DNA of 64,000 nt from an uncultured Ruminococcus sp. (lineage in GTDB: Bacteria; Bacillota; Clostridia; Oscillospirales; Acutalibacteraceae): NCBI GenBank assembly GCA_905235715.1, contig CAJONB010000001.1:5714-69713 (forward strand). The letters run 5' to 3'. The notes below the pieces were generated by a model. The model was not told where the DNA came from and ran no database searches. It saw only the letters and a program-made list of their open reading frames with translations. Positions 40,022 through 49,141 of this stretch are shown here, in pieces. Each line of letters opens with the position of its first letter. The first letter of the stretch is position 1. A program made the translations under genes and the position numbers.

Positions 40022-41806
40022 ATGAAAAAGCTTTTATCGTTAACGATATGTCTGACTGTGATTTTAAGCACAATCGCCGTAACGGCTGTTTCTACATCTG
40101 CGGTTGATAATGAAGCCTTGGGCGCTTCGGATAACGAAGCCGCCGGTTATATTGACCTTGCTGATACTGCTGCTCCGGAAATTGCCGAAGAAGGCGCGGA
40201 TATCGCTTCTGATGAAGAATTGGCGGATGTAGGCGCTGCAGTTGATATGCAAAGCAGCGGCGAGATTACTCCTGTCAACTTGGGCGACAGCTTTTATGCC
40301 CGTCTGAAAATGATAAAGTACAGTGATTATTATTTGACAGCACCCGCTAAGCCTACCGACACGGCGATTCTCAGAACGTTGAATGAATATAATTCTCAGG
40401 TTTGGCATTTTACGCGCGACGGAAGCGCTTACCGTATCCGTAACGTCGCCAATAACAGCTATCTTGAAATGAGCGGTTCCGAGATAAAAGAGGGTGCGTA
40501 CCTTTTCCACGACGGGACAAAGAGTAATTCTGCCGCACAAAAGTGGTATATCACGAAGGATACGACCGGCTACAGAATCCATTCCGCAATCAACGATGGT
40601 TATGTTATGGTCTGTGTCAGCCCGACCGCGAGCACATCCCGTGTTGTATTGACGACCGCGGTTACCAATGCGCGCGCTTATTTTAGCTTTGATAAGCTGA
40701 AAATCACCTCTGATTTGCTCAGTACACCGATGGTGAAATTGTCAAATCATTTAAACGGTGTTTTGGTAGACTGGAACGACGTTACAAATGCAACACAGTA
40801 TCGCGTTTACCGCTTTAACGATTCAACAAAAAAATGGATAGCTTTAGCTGATGTGAAGAAATCCAACTATATTGATACCACAGCCGTCAGCGGAACTACC
40901 TATCAGTACACTGTTAAGACGATCAGTCCCGTGCTTTCTAAATATTCTGCTAAATCCATTAAATATATCGCGGCGCCGAAAGCGGCGGTCAATAACACTG
41001 CTGACGGTCCTCAGATTTATTGGAGTAAGGTAAACGGAGCTGAAAAATACAGCGTATTCTATCATAATGGTTCTCAGTGGAAAACGCTCGGCACCACAAC
41101 GGCTACCAGCTATCTGCATAAAGGCTTTGAGTATAACAAAACGTATAAATATACTGTCCGCTGTATTTCCGCAGACGGTAAAAGCTATACCTCTGCTTAT
41201 GATACCAACGGCGTTTCCAATATGATTGTACCGACTCCTGAGGTAAAAACCTCAATCATGCCTTTCTCTTGTGATTTATCGTGGGCAAGGATTGCGAACG
41301 CAGCGAAGTACAGAGTCTTTTATAAGAGCAAGGCAAACGGTTGGAAGTGGGTGCAGGCAGGCGATACTGCCGAACCCACCTACAGCTTTTCCGATGTGGT
41401 CAGCAATAACGGCTATTACTTTACTGTCCGCGCGCTTGACAGCAAAGGTAAATTAATCAGCGGCTTTAAGTCCACCGCACTGGTGACTTTCTATGAAGCG
41501 CCCTGTGTATTTGATATTACATCTTCATCCGGTACAAGAAAAATTTCATGGTATCCTATAGACGGCGCCGAACAGTATCGCGTATTTGCATGGAACGGTC
41601 AAAAGTGGAAGGCGAAGGGTGACACGCCCTATTATACGACGAGCTTAAGCGTCCCTATCTCAGGTAAGGCAGAAGAAAATCTCTGTTATGCTGTTCGCTG
41701 TATGGACAAAAACGGTAAATTCATCAGCTATTATCTGGAAACCGTTATTGAATCCGATTTGCGCTATTATTACCCCGGCGAGTATACATCTACCCATAAA
41801 TTCTGA
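40022..41806 (+). CDS. Secreted protein: ricin-B-like beta-trefoil plus four Fn3-like repeats (paralogue 1)
   Basis: Signal peptide; QxW repeats (SQVWHFTR, AQKWYIT); repeated W...A..YRVY...W...Y.YTV.. units. Confidence 0.75.
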   Translation: MKKLLSLTICLTVILSTIAVTAVSTSAVDNEALGASDNEAAGYIDLADTAAPEIAEEGADIASDEELADVGAAVDMQSSGEITPVNLGDSFYARLKMIKYSDYYLTAPAKPTDTAILRTLNEYNSQVWHFTRDGSAYRIRNVANNSYLEMSGSEIKEGAYLFHDGTKSNSAAQKWYITKDTTGYRIHSAINDGYVMVCVSPTASTSRVVLTTAVTNARAYFSFDKLKITSDLLSTPMVKLSNHLNGVLVDWNDVTNATQYRVYRFNDSTKKWIALADVKKSNYIDTTAVSGTTYQYTVKTISPVLSKYSAKSIKYIAAPKAAVNNTADGPQIYWSKVNGAEKYSVFYHNGSQWKTLGTTTATSYLHKGFEYNKTYKYTVRCISADGKSYTSAYDTNGVSNMIVPTPEVKTSIMPFSCDLSWARIANAAKYRVFYKSKANGWKWVQAGDTAEPTYSFSDVVSNNGYYFTVRALDSKGKLISGFKSTALVTFYEAPCVFDITSSSGTRKISWYPIDGAEQYRVFAWNGQKWKAKGDTPYYTTSLSVPISGKAEENLCYAVRCMDKNGKFISYYLETVIESDLRYYYPGEYTSTHKF

Positions 41807-41840
41807 TTTGATGCATTGACGGGTCTCTGTGCCTGTTGTT

Positions 41841-41872
41841 AGGCAGGCTGATAGATTTCAGCCTGCCTTTTT
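41841..41872 (+). terminator. Terminator between the two paralogues
   Basis: aggcaggctga / tcagcctgcct hairpin plus T-run. Confidence 0.85.
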
Positions 41873-41977
41873 AATCCTTACATCATTAATCGCACAGCGC
41901 AGATACTGATGGTATCAATGATTTTATTTTTAAACGCTTTATTGTCAACATCTTAGGAAACAATAAGGAGACGCCTT

Positions 41978-43657
41978 ATGAAAAAGAGATTTAACCGCTT
42001 ATTTTTAACGCTGTCGTTTTTTGTGGGTTTATTTGTATTTTGCATTTCGACTGAAGCAGCTGAAAATAAAGAAAAAAATCCAGTCGATACCGGAGCTTCG
42101 GAGCAAATTGCCGATACCGGCGTTTCTTACGCCAATCTCGGACAGAGCTTTTATGCGCGAATCAGCCTTTCCGACCCGGAGCTGTATTTTACCGTTCCGG
42201 ATAACGTTATGGATACAACACAGTTGAAAGCATATACCGATAACGGGTCGCAGATTTGGCATTTTACGCGCCAGTCCGACGGCTCCTATAAAATCCGCAA
42301 CGTCGGGAAAAATCTTTATATGGAGCTATACAACGGAACTCCGAGTGAGAACGGCGAGACCTTTCATACCGAAGCCGACAATCTTCCCGACCAACGTTGG
42401 ATTTTACAAAGTGTCGGCAACGCCTATCAGTTAATTACCTGCTGTGATACTTCCTATATGCTTAAGGGTGTTAATCTCTACGGCAATTACGCAGAGCTGC
42501 ATATCAGCCGGGATTCCTATCGTGATTCTACACATTTTATTATCACAAAGCTTCCCTATACAAGTGATTATTTGTCCACACCTGCCGTTACACTCAGCCC
42601 CGTAGTCGGCGGCGTGACCGTCAATTGGAGCAGTATTCCTTATGCGACCTCGTACCGTGTCTATCGCTATAACGATTCTACCAAAAAGTGGGTTGCGCTG
42701 AAGACGACGACAGGATTGACCTATACCGATAAAACGGTGGTCAGCGGTAAAACCTATCAGTACACTGTCAAATGTATTACACCGCTTACTTCGAAATATC
42801 AGTCAAAGTCGATTACTTATATTGCCGCTCCGAGTCCAAAGGTCTCCAATACCGTGTCGGGGCCTGTGATTTCCTGGGCGAAAGTTAACGGCGCGCAAGC
42901 GTATCGTGTCTTTTATAAAAGCGGTTCTACATGGAAGGCACTCGCGACGACTTCATCAACCTCCTACACCCATAAAAACGCCTCTTATAACGTCAATTAT
43001 ACCTACACTGTTCGGTGTATGACTGCCGACGGCAAAAAGTATACCTCCGCTTATAACACGACCGGCGTAAAGAACAGAATCGTCCAGACGCCGAAGTTTA
43101 CCGTAACGCTCGACCCGAACGGCTTCCAGCTGAACTGGAACAAAATCAACGGTGCTTACCGATATAAGGTAATGATTAAAAGCAAGGCGACTAACTGGAC
43201 ATGGAGCAAATCCTATACCTGTATTTACAATAACTTCTTCTACAGCGAGCCGCTGGATAACGAGGCATATTATTTCACCGTTCGCTGTATGGACGAAAAC
43301 AACAACTACATCAGTGGTTATACCACGTCCGCTAAATATATGTATTACAGTGCGCCGCACGTGACTAAATTTGTATCTACCTCTTCGACAACGTCTTTGA
43401 CATGGAAAAAAGTACCGGGAGCAGCAAAGTACCGCGTATTCAGCTGGAACGGACAAAAGTGGGTCAAGCGCACCGATACGACTGCGGTTTCCGTCAATAT
43501 AAAGAATACCGGTACGGCGGCGCAGAACGCCTGCTTTGCCGTCAGGTGCATGGACAAAAACGGTAAGTATATCAGCAGCTACTATGAAACGGTTCTGAGC
43601 GGCGGGTCAATTCTGTCCTACCATTCAGGCGGCTATACCTCAAAGCATAAATTCTGA
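41978..43657 (+). CDS. Secreted protein: ricin-B-like beta-trefoil plus four Fn3-like repeats (paralogue 2)
   Basis: Same architecture; SQIWHFTR, DQRWILQ; NLGQSFYARI vs NLGDSFYARL; shared AVRCMDKNGK.IS.Y.ET. Confidence 0.75.
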   Translation: MKKRFNRLFLTLSFFVGLFVFCISTEAAENKEKNPVDTGASEQIADTGVSYANLGQSFYARISLSDPELYFTVPDNVMDTTQLKAYTDNGSQIWHFTRQSDGSYKIRNVGKNLYMELYNGTPSENGETFHTEADNLPDQRWILQSVGNAYQLITCCDTSYMLKGVNLYGNYAELHISRDSYRDSTHFIITKLPYTSDYLSTPAVTLSPVVGGVTVNWSSIPYATSYRVYRYNDSTKKWVALKTTTGLTYTDKTVVSGKTYQYTVKCITPLTSKYQSKSITYIAAPSPKVSNTVSGPVISWAKVNGAQAYRVFYKSGSTWKALATTSSTSYTHKNASYNVNYTYTVRCMTADGKKYTSAYNTTGVKNRIVQTPKFTVTLDPNGFQLNWNKINGAYRYKVMIKSKATNWTWSKSYTCIYNNFFYSEPLDNEAYYFTVRCMDENNNYISGYTTSAKYMYYSAPHVTKFVSTSSTTSLTWKKVPGAAKYRVFSWNGQKWVKRTDTTAVSVNIKNTGTAAQNACFAVRCMDKNGKYISSYYETVLSGGSILSYHSGGYTSKHKF

Positions 43658-43665
43658 AATACATA

Positions 43666-43699
43666 AAAATGAGCCTGTGCTTAATAACAGGCTCGTTTT
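43666..43699. terminator. Bidirectional terminator between paralogue 2 and tgt
   Basis: aaaatgagcctgt / acaggctcgtttt. Confidence 0.75.
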
Positions 43700-44830
43700 T
43701 TATATCCTTGTATCGAGTATCTCTCTGTATTTGCGATAAAATTCTGTAAAAGTACCGTTATCGAGATTTTCTCTGATTTTTTCCATCAGCTTGTTGTAAA
43801 AGTACAGATTATGCATGACCGCAAGCCGCATACCGAGCATTTCCTTTGCTTTCATCAGATGACGGATGTAGGCTCTTGTATGATGCCGGCATACGGGACA
43901 GTCACAATCTCTGTCAATAGGGGAGTCGTCCGTTTCATATTTTGCATTGTTGATATTGATAATGCCGCTCCAAGTGAACAGATGACCGTGCCGCGCGTTT
44001 CGTGAAGGCATCACACAGTCAAACAGGTCGATACCTCTCGCGACTCCCTCCAAAATGTTCACCGGAGTGCCGACGCCCATCAGATAACGCGGCTTATCAG
44101 CGGGAGCGAACGGAAGAACCGCGTCTAGGACTTCATACATTACCTCTGTCGGTTCTCCGACAGCCAATCCGCCGACCGCGTAGCCGTCAAGCTCCAGCCC
44201 GGCGATTTCCTTCATGTGGTCAATGCGCAAATCCTTATAGACGCCGCCCTGATTGATACCAAACAACATTTGGTGCGGGTTGACGGTATCCTCCAGTACA
44301 TTCAGGCGCGCCATCTCCGTCTGACAGCGCTTGAGCCATCTTGTTGTTCTCGCGACGGATTCTTTGGTATATCCGTACTCCGAGGGATTCGCGACACATT
44401 CATCAAACGCCATCGCAATTGTAGAACCGAGATTGGATTGAATCTGCATACTTTCCTCGGGGCCCATAAAGATACGCCTGCCGTCAATGTGGGAATTGAA
44501 TGTAACGCCTTCCTCCTTGATGTTTCTCAGTTTTGCGAGAGAAAAGACCTGAAAGCCGCCTGAATCGGTCAGAATGATTCCGTCCCATCCCGTCATCTTG
44601 TGCAGACCGCCGAGCTGCTTTACGACAGTATCTCCCGGGCGCAAGTGTAAATGATAGGTATTTGACAGCATAATCTGTGTATTTATGTTCTTTAAATCGT
44701 AAGCGGAAAGACCGCCCTTGATTGCACCGCAGGTTGCAACGTTCATAAACGCGGGCAGCTGAACCGTCCCGTGTACCGTTGAAAATTCGCCGCGTCTCGC
44801 CGCGCCCTCTTGCTTGAATAATTGATACAT
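43700..44830 (-). CDS. tgt: tRNA-guanine transglycosylase
   Basis: LSNTYHLHLRPG, LTDSGGFQVFSL, GGLAVGEP, RYLMGVG, DLFDCVMPSRNARHG, C-x-C-xx-C zinc site. Confidence 0.98.
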   Translation of the reverse strand: MYQLFKQEGAARRGEFSTVHGTVQLPAFMNVATCGAIKGGLSAYDLKNINTQIMLSNTYHLHLRPGDTVVKQLGGLHKMTGWDGIILTDSGGFQVFSLAKLRNIKEEGVTFNSHIDGRRIFMGPEESMQIQSNLGSTIAMAFDECVANPSEYGYTKESVARTTRWLKRCQTEMARLNVLEDTVNPHQMLFGINQGGVYKDLRIDHMKEIAGLELDGYAVGGLAVGEPTEVMYEVLDAVLPFAPADKPRYLMGVGTPVNILEGVARGIDLFDCVMPSRNARHGHLFTWSGIININNAKYETDDSPIDRDCDCPVCRHHTRAYIRHLMKAKEMLGMRLAVMHNLYFYNKLMEKIRENLDNGTFTEFYRKYREILDTRI

Positions 44831-44843
44831 ATAAAAAATTCCT

Positions 44844-45866
44844 TTATAAAATCGCCATCGCGTCACCGAACGAGAAGAAGCGGTACTTCTCATTGACGGC
44901 TGTCTCATAGGCTTTCATGGTTTTATCATAGCCGTAGAACGCGGAAACCAACATAATCAGCGTGCTTTCCGGCAGATGAAAATTGGTAATCAAACCGTCC
45001 AGAACCTTGAATTCAAAGCCCGGGTAAATAAAGATATCCGTAAAGCCGTCGCAGGCTTTGATTTCACCCTGTGCGGCTACGCTCTCCAGGGTGCGGCAGG
45101 AGGTGGTTCCTACGGCAATTACGCGCTTTCCCGCTGCTTTTGTCGCTTTTATCAAATCGGCAGTTTCCTGCGGAATTTCATAATGCTCGGAGTGCATTTT
45201 ATGCTTTGTTACATCATCAACCTTAACGGGACGAAAGGTTCCCAGACCGACGTGCAGGGTAACGTAGCCGATATTGACGCCCTTCGCCCTGATTTTATCG
45301 AGCAGTTCATTCGTGAAGTGCAGTCCCGCTGTCGGAGCTGCCGCGGAGCCAAGCTCGTGGGAGTATACCGTTTGGTAGCGCTCCTGATCCTTTAATTCTT
45401 CGGTGATATAAGGAGGAAGGGGCATTTGACCGATTTTATCCAGCGTCGTGTAGATGTTTTCTTCACAGGTGAGGTTGACGATTCGGTTGCCGTCGTCTGT
45501 TACCTCTACCACTTCAGCTTTCAACAAACCATCGCCGAAGGTGAAGCGGGAGCCGACCTTTGCCTTACGCCCCGGTTTTACCAATGTTTCCCAACGGTTT
45601 TCGTCAATCTGCCGCAGCAAAAGAAATTCAATTTTCGCGCCGGTGTCGTCCTTAACGCCGTAAATTCTCGCGGGTATGACGCGCGAATCGTTGACAATCA
45701 GACAGTCGCCCTCGTTGAGGTAGTCAATAATATCGTAAAAATGCCTGTGCTCAATCGCATCGGAATCCCTATGCAGCACCATCAGCCGCGAAGAATCACG
45801 GGGCTCCAGTGGTGTTTGAGCAATTAAATTTTCGGGCAAATTGTAAAAGAAGTCACTTGTTTTCAT
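44844..45866 (-). CDS. queA: S-adenosylmethionine:tRNA ribosyltransferase-isomerase
   Basis: [68 protein letters not shown]. Confidence 0.98.
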   Translation of the reverse strand: MKTSDFFYNLPENLIAQTPLEPRDSSRLMVLHRDSDAIEHRHFYDIIDYLNEGDCLIVNDSRVIPARIYGVKDDTGAKIEFLLLRQIDENRWETLVKPGRKAKVGSRFTFGDGLLKAEVVEVTDDGNRIVNLTCEENIYTTLDKIGQMPLPPYITEELKDQERYQTVYSHELGSAAAPTAGLHFTNELLDKIRAKGVNIGYVTLHVGLGTFRPVKVDDVTKHKMHSEHYEIPQETADLIKATKAAGKRVIAVGTTSCRTLESVAAQGEIKACDGFTDIFIYPGFEFKVLDGLITNFHLPESTLIMLVSAFYGYDKTMKAYETAVNEKYRFFSFGDAMAIL

Positions 45867-45914
45867 AGAATCGTCCTTTAAAATTGTCAATAGTTATGAA
45901 ATGTCGATTATAAA

Positions 45915-45943
45915 TTGACAAATCATCAGCCGGGTGTTATATT
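45915..45943 (+). promoter_or_regulatory. sigma-A promoter for asd-dapA-dapB
   Basis: TTGACA, 17 nt, TATATT with TG extension. Confidence 0.6.
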
Positions 45944-46045
45944 ATAACATGAAAAATAAGACAGGAAATGTATCAAAACACCTATCACATAATATATTAT
46001 AATTGAGAAAAACTCAACTGTTTTTTTAAATTTGGAGGAATTTAT

Positions 46046-47131
46046 ATGAAAAAATATAATGTTGGCATCATCGGCTGTACAGGAATGGTAGGGCAGAGAT
46101 TCTCGCTACTGCTTGAAAATCATCCGTGGTTTAACCTCACCGCGATTGCCGCTTCTGCCCGCTCGGCAGGAAAGACCTACGAGGAAGCCGTCAGCAACAG
46201 ATGGGCGATGACTTCACCGATTCCCGAAAATATCAAGGATATGGTAATCATGGACGCCGCCGATGTAGAGGCGGTCGCTTCTAAGGTCGATTTCGTATTT
46301 TGTGCGGTCGATATGAAAAAGGATGAAATCAAGGCGCTGGAGGAGGCTTACGCAAAGGCGGAATGTCCTGTAATTTCCAACAACTCCGCGAACCGCTCAA
46401 CGCCCGACGTTCCGATGATTATTCCCGAAATCAACGCCGATCATGCAAAGATTATCGAGGCGCAGAAAAAACGTCTCGGCACAAAACGCGGCTTTGTCGC
46501 GGTCAAGTCCAACTGTTCGCTGCAGTGCTATGTACCCGCGATTCATCCTCTGAAAGAAAAATTCAAGGTCAACAAGGTGCTTGCCTGTACATATCAGGCG
46601 ATTTCCGGCGCCGGCAAAAACTTCGAGCGCTGGCCTGAGATGGTAGATAACCTGATTCCGTATATCGGCGGCGAGGAAGAAAAGAGCGAGCAGGAGCCTC
46701 TGAAAATATGGGGACATATCGAGGGCGACAAAATCGTCAACTGCGACGATATCGCAATCACGTCCCAATGCCTGCGCGTACCTGTTTCCGACGGACACAC
46801 CGCGGCAGTGTTTATGAGCTTTGATACCGAAGATAAGCCCTCTGTTGAAGAAGTGATTGATATCTGGACGAATTATAAGGGCAGAGCGCAGGAGCTGGAG
46901 CTTCCGTCCGCTCCGAAGCAGTTTCTGCATTACTTCACGGAGCCTGACAGACCTCAAATCAAATCCGAAAGAAACCTCGAGAACGGTATGGCGGTATCTG
47001 TCGGCAGACTCAGACCCGATACGCAGTATGATATGAAATTTGTATGCATGGCGCATAATACACTCAGAGGCGCTGCCGGCGGCGCAGTGCTGATGGCTGA
47101 GCTGCTTTGTGCCGAAGGCTATATTGACTGA
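46046..47131 (+). CDS. asd: Aspartate-semialdehyde dehydrogenase
   Basis: GCTGMVGQRF, KSNCSLQ (catalytic Cys), YQAISGAG, CLRVPVSDGH, HNTLRGAAGG. Confidence 0.96.
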   Translation: MKKYNVGIIGCTGMVGQRFSLLLENHPWFNLTAIAASARSAGKTYEEAVSNRWAMTSPIPENIKDMVIMDAADVEAVASKVDFVFCAVDMKKDEIKALEEAYAKAECPVISNNSANRSTPDVPMIIPEINADHAKIIEAQKKRLGTKRGFVAVKSNCSLQCYVPAIHPLKEKFKVNKVLACTYQAISGAGKNFERWPEMVDNLIPYIGGEEEKSEQEPLKIWGHIEGDKIVNCDDIAITSQCLRVPVSDGHTAAVFMSFDTEDKPSVEEVIDIWTNYKGRAQELELPSAPKQFLHYFTEPDRPQIKSERNLENGMAVSVGRLRPDTQYDMKFVCMAHNTLRGAAGGAVLMAELLCAEGYID

Positions 47132-47144
47132 TTGGAGGACATCC

Positions 47145-48044
47145 ATGAATAAACATATTTTTACAGGTTCAGGCGTTGCACTGATTACCCCGATGCATTC
47201 CGATGGTTCCGTTAATTATAAGGAGCTTGCCCGTCTGCTTGAATTCCAGATTGAGAACGGTACCGACGCGATTATTGCCTGCGGTACGACCGGTGAAGCG
47301 GCTACCTTAACCGTTAAGGAGCACTGCGACGTGCTTTCATTTGTTTGTGAAAAAGTTGCGGGAAGAATTCCGGTTATTGCCGGTACCGGTTCCAACGATA
47401 CCAATACTGCAATTGAGCTTTCCAAATCTGCCGAGGCTTCCGGTGCGGATGCGCTGCTTTCCGTCACGCCGTACTACAACAAGACCTCGCAGACAGGCTT
47501 GATTCGTCATTTTACCACGATTGCCGACAATATTGATTTGCCGATGATTCTCTATAATGTACCCTCACGCACCGGCTGTAACATCAAGCCAAAAACCTAC
47601 GCCGAGCTGTGCAAGCACGAGAATATCATCGCGACCAAGGAAGCAAACGGCGATATTTCCTCTGTATCGCAGACACGCTCGCTCTGCGGTGATAATTTGG
47701 ATATTTATTCCGGTAACGACGACCAGACCGTTCCTTTTATGTCGCTCGGCGCACAGGGCGTTATCTCCGTTTTCGCAAATTTCTGTCCGAAGGAAATGCA
47801 TGAAATCTGTGAGCTTTGCCTGAATAATAATTTTGCGGAAGCGTCAAAAATGAACTTCCACTATGTTGAGCTGATGGATATTATGTTCTCCGACGTCAAC
47901 CCGATTCCCGTTAAAACGGCGATGAATCTGATCGGCTTTAACGCGGGCGATTGCAGACTGCCGCTGGTACCCATGAGCTATTCGGGTTATCACGACCTCA
48001 AGGAATGTCTGGCAAAATACGACCTCATAGGTAAATACGCATAA
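47145..48044 (+). CDS. dapA: 4-hydroxy-tetrahydrodipicolinate synthase
   Basis: ALITPM, CGTTGEA, VTPYYNK, ILYNVPSRTG, ATKEA (Schiff-base Lys), NPIPVK. Confidence 0.97.
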   Translation: MNKHIFTGSGVALITPMHSDGSVNYKELARLLEFQIENGTDAIIACGTTGEAATLTVKEHCDVLSFVCEKVAGRIPVIAGTGSNDTNTAIELSKSAEASGADALLSVTPYYNKTSQTGLIRHFTTIADNIDLPMILYNVPSRTGCNIKPKTYAELCKHENIIATKEANGDISSVSQTRSLCGDNLDIYSGNDDQTVPFMSLGAQGVISVFANFCPKEMHEICELCLNNNFAEASKMNFHYVELMDIMFSDVNPIPVKTAMNLIGFNAGDCRLPLVPMSYSGYHDLKECLAKYDLIGKYA

Positions 48045-48098
48045 GGTATCAGGGCGACTTTGTTCGCCCTGAAGTTTTAGAAAGCAAGGGATTTTATT

Positions 48099-48848
48099 AT
48101 GGTAAAAATTTTGTTGAATGGCTGTCTGGGGAAAATGGGACAGGCAGTAGAAGCCTGCGTTAACAGCAGGGACGACGTTATGATTATCGCGGGCGTCGAT
48201 ATTGCTGACGGCGAGAGAGTATATCCGGTATACACCTGTTTTGTGGACGTCGAAGAACAGGCGGACGTCATTCTTGACTTTTCCAATCCACTGGTGCTGG
48301 ACGATATGCTGGATTATGCAATCGGTCATAATACTCCCGTTATCATTTGTACGACGGGTTTTTCCGACGCGCAGGTACAAAAAATAAAAGACGCCGCAAA
48401 ACAGATTCCCGTCTTTTATTCGGGAAATATGTCGCTCGGTATCAATATGCTGATTGAGCTTTCCAAAATGGCGGCAAAGGTTCTGTCAAACAGCTTTGAT
48501 GTCGAGATAATTGAGAAGCATCATAATCAAAAGCTCGACGCGCCGTCGGGCACGGCAATTATGATTGCTGACGCCATTTCCGCAGAAATGAAAGATTCAC
48601 AGTACGTTTATGACCGCCACGCTTACCGCAAAAAGCGCGAGAAGGATGAAATCGGTATCCATTCCGTTCGCGGCGGCACGATCGTCGGCGAGCATGAGGT
48701 CATCTTCGCCGGGCATGACGAGGTTCTTTCCATCAAGCACCAGGCACAGTCTAAGGGTGTATTTGCTGCGGGAGCAGTCAATGCCGCTGTATTTATTAAG
48801 GACAAGCCCGCCGGTTTGTATGACATGGGCGATTTATTGAGCAATTAA
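48099..48848 (+). CDS. dapB: 4-hydroxy-tetrahydrodipicolinate reductase
   Basis: GCLGKMG, ICTTG, IIEKHHNQKLDAPSGTA, IHSVRGGTIVGEHEV. Confidence 0.97.
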   Translation: MVKILLNGCLGKMGQAVEACVNSRDDVMIIAGVDIADGERVYPVYTCFVDVEEQADVILDFSNPLVLDDMLDYAIGHNTPVIICTTGFSDAQVQKIKDAAKQIPVFYSGNMSLGINMLIELSKMAAKVLSNSFDVEIIEKHHNQKLDAPSGTAIMIADAISAEMKDSQYVYDRHAYRKKREKDEIGIHSVRGGTIVGEHEVIFAGHDEVLSIKHQAQSKGVFAAGAVNAAVFIKDKPAGLYDMGDLLSN

Positions 48849-48916
48849 TAACCGTAATACGTAATGAACACCTCTGTTTTCCCGTCATAAACTGATAGGG
48901 AACAGAGGTGTTTTTT

Positions 48917-49141
48917 ATGAATAACGAATTGATACTCGTGCCTTCTGTTACCTATGCGATGAAGGCAAAGAGTATTCTTGACAAATACAGAATCCGCTCT
49001 TATATCCAACGTACGCCCCGTAACACGCAGATAAAATCCTGCGGCTACTGCCTGTTTGTTCCCGAAAGAACAGATGAGGCGGAAAAAGTCCTGCGTAAAA
49101 ACGGTGTGCGCGTACTCGGACGAGCGTCGCGTGATGTATAA
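48917..49141 (+). CDS. DUF3343-like small protein
   Basis: SVTYAMKAKSIL, IQRTP, SCGYCL; stop overlaps the start of the desulfurase gene. Confidence 0.75.
   Translation: MNNELILVPSVTYAMKAKSILDKYRIRSYIQRTPRNTQIKSCGYCLFVPERTDEAEKVLRKNGVRVLGRASRDV

Noticed and set aside
40022-43657. Paralogue pair as a diversity-generating retroelement target/template or an inversion shufflon
   Set aside because: Similarity is patchy and spread over both full genes, not adenine-specific; no reverse transcriptase, recombinase or flanking inverted repeats
45867-46045. Lysine riboswitch before asd-dapA-dapB, or preQ1 riboswitch before queA-tgt
   Set aside because: The region is short, AT-rich and promoter-like; neither consensus was recognised
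48049-48072. Hairpin between dapA and dapB as a terminator
   Set aside because: No adjacent U-tract and it lies inside an apparent operon; more likely a stability or processing element
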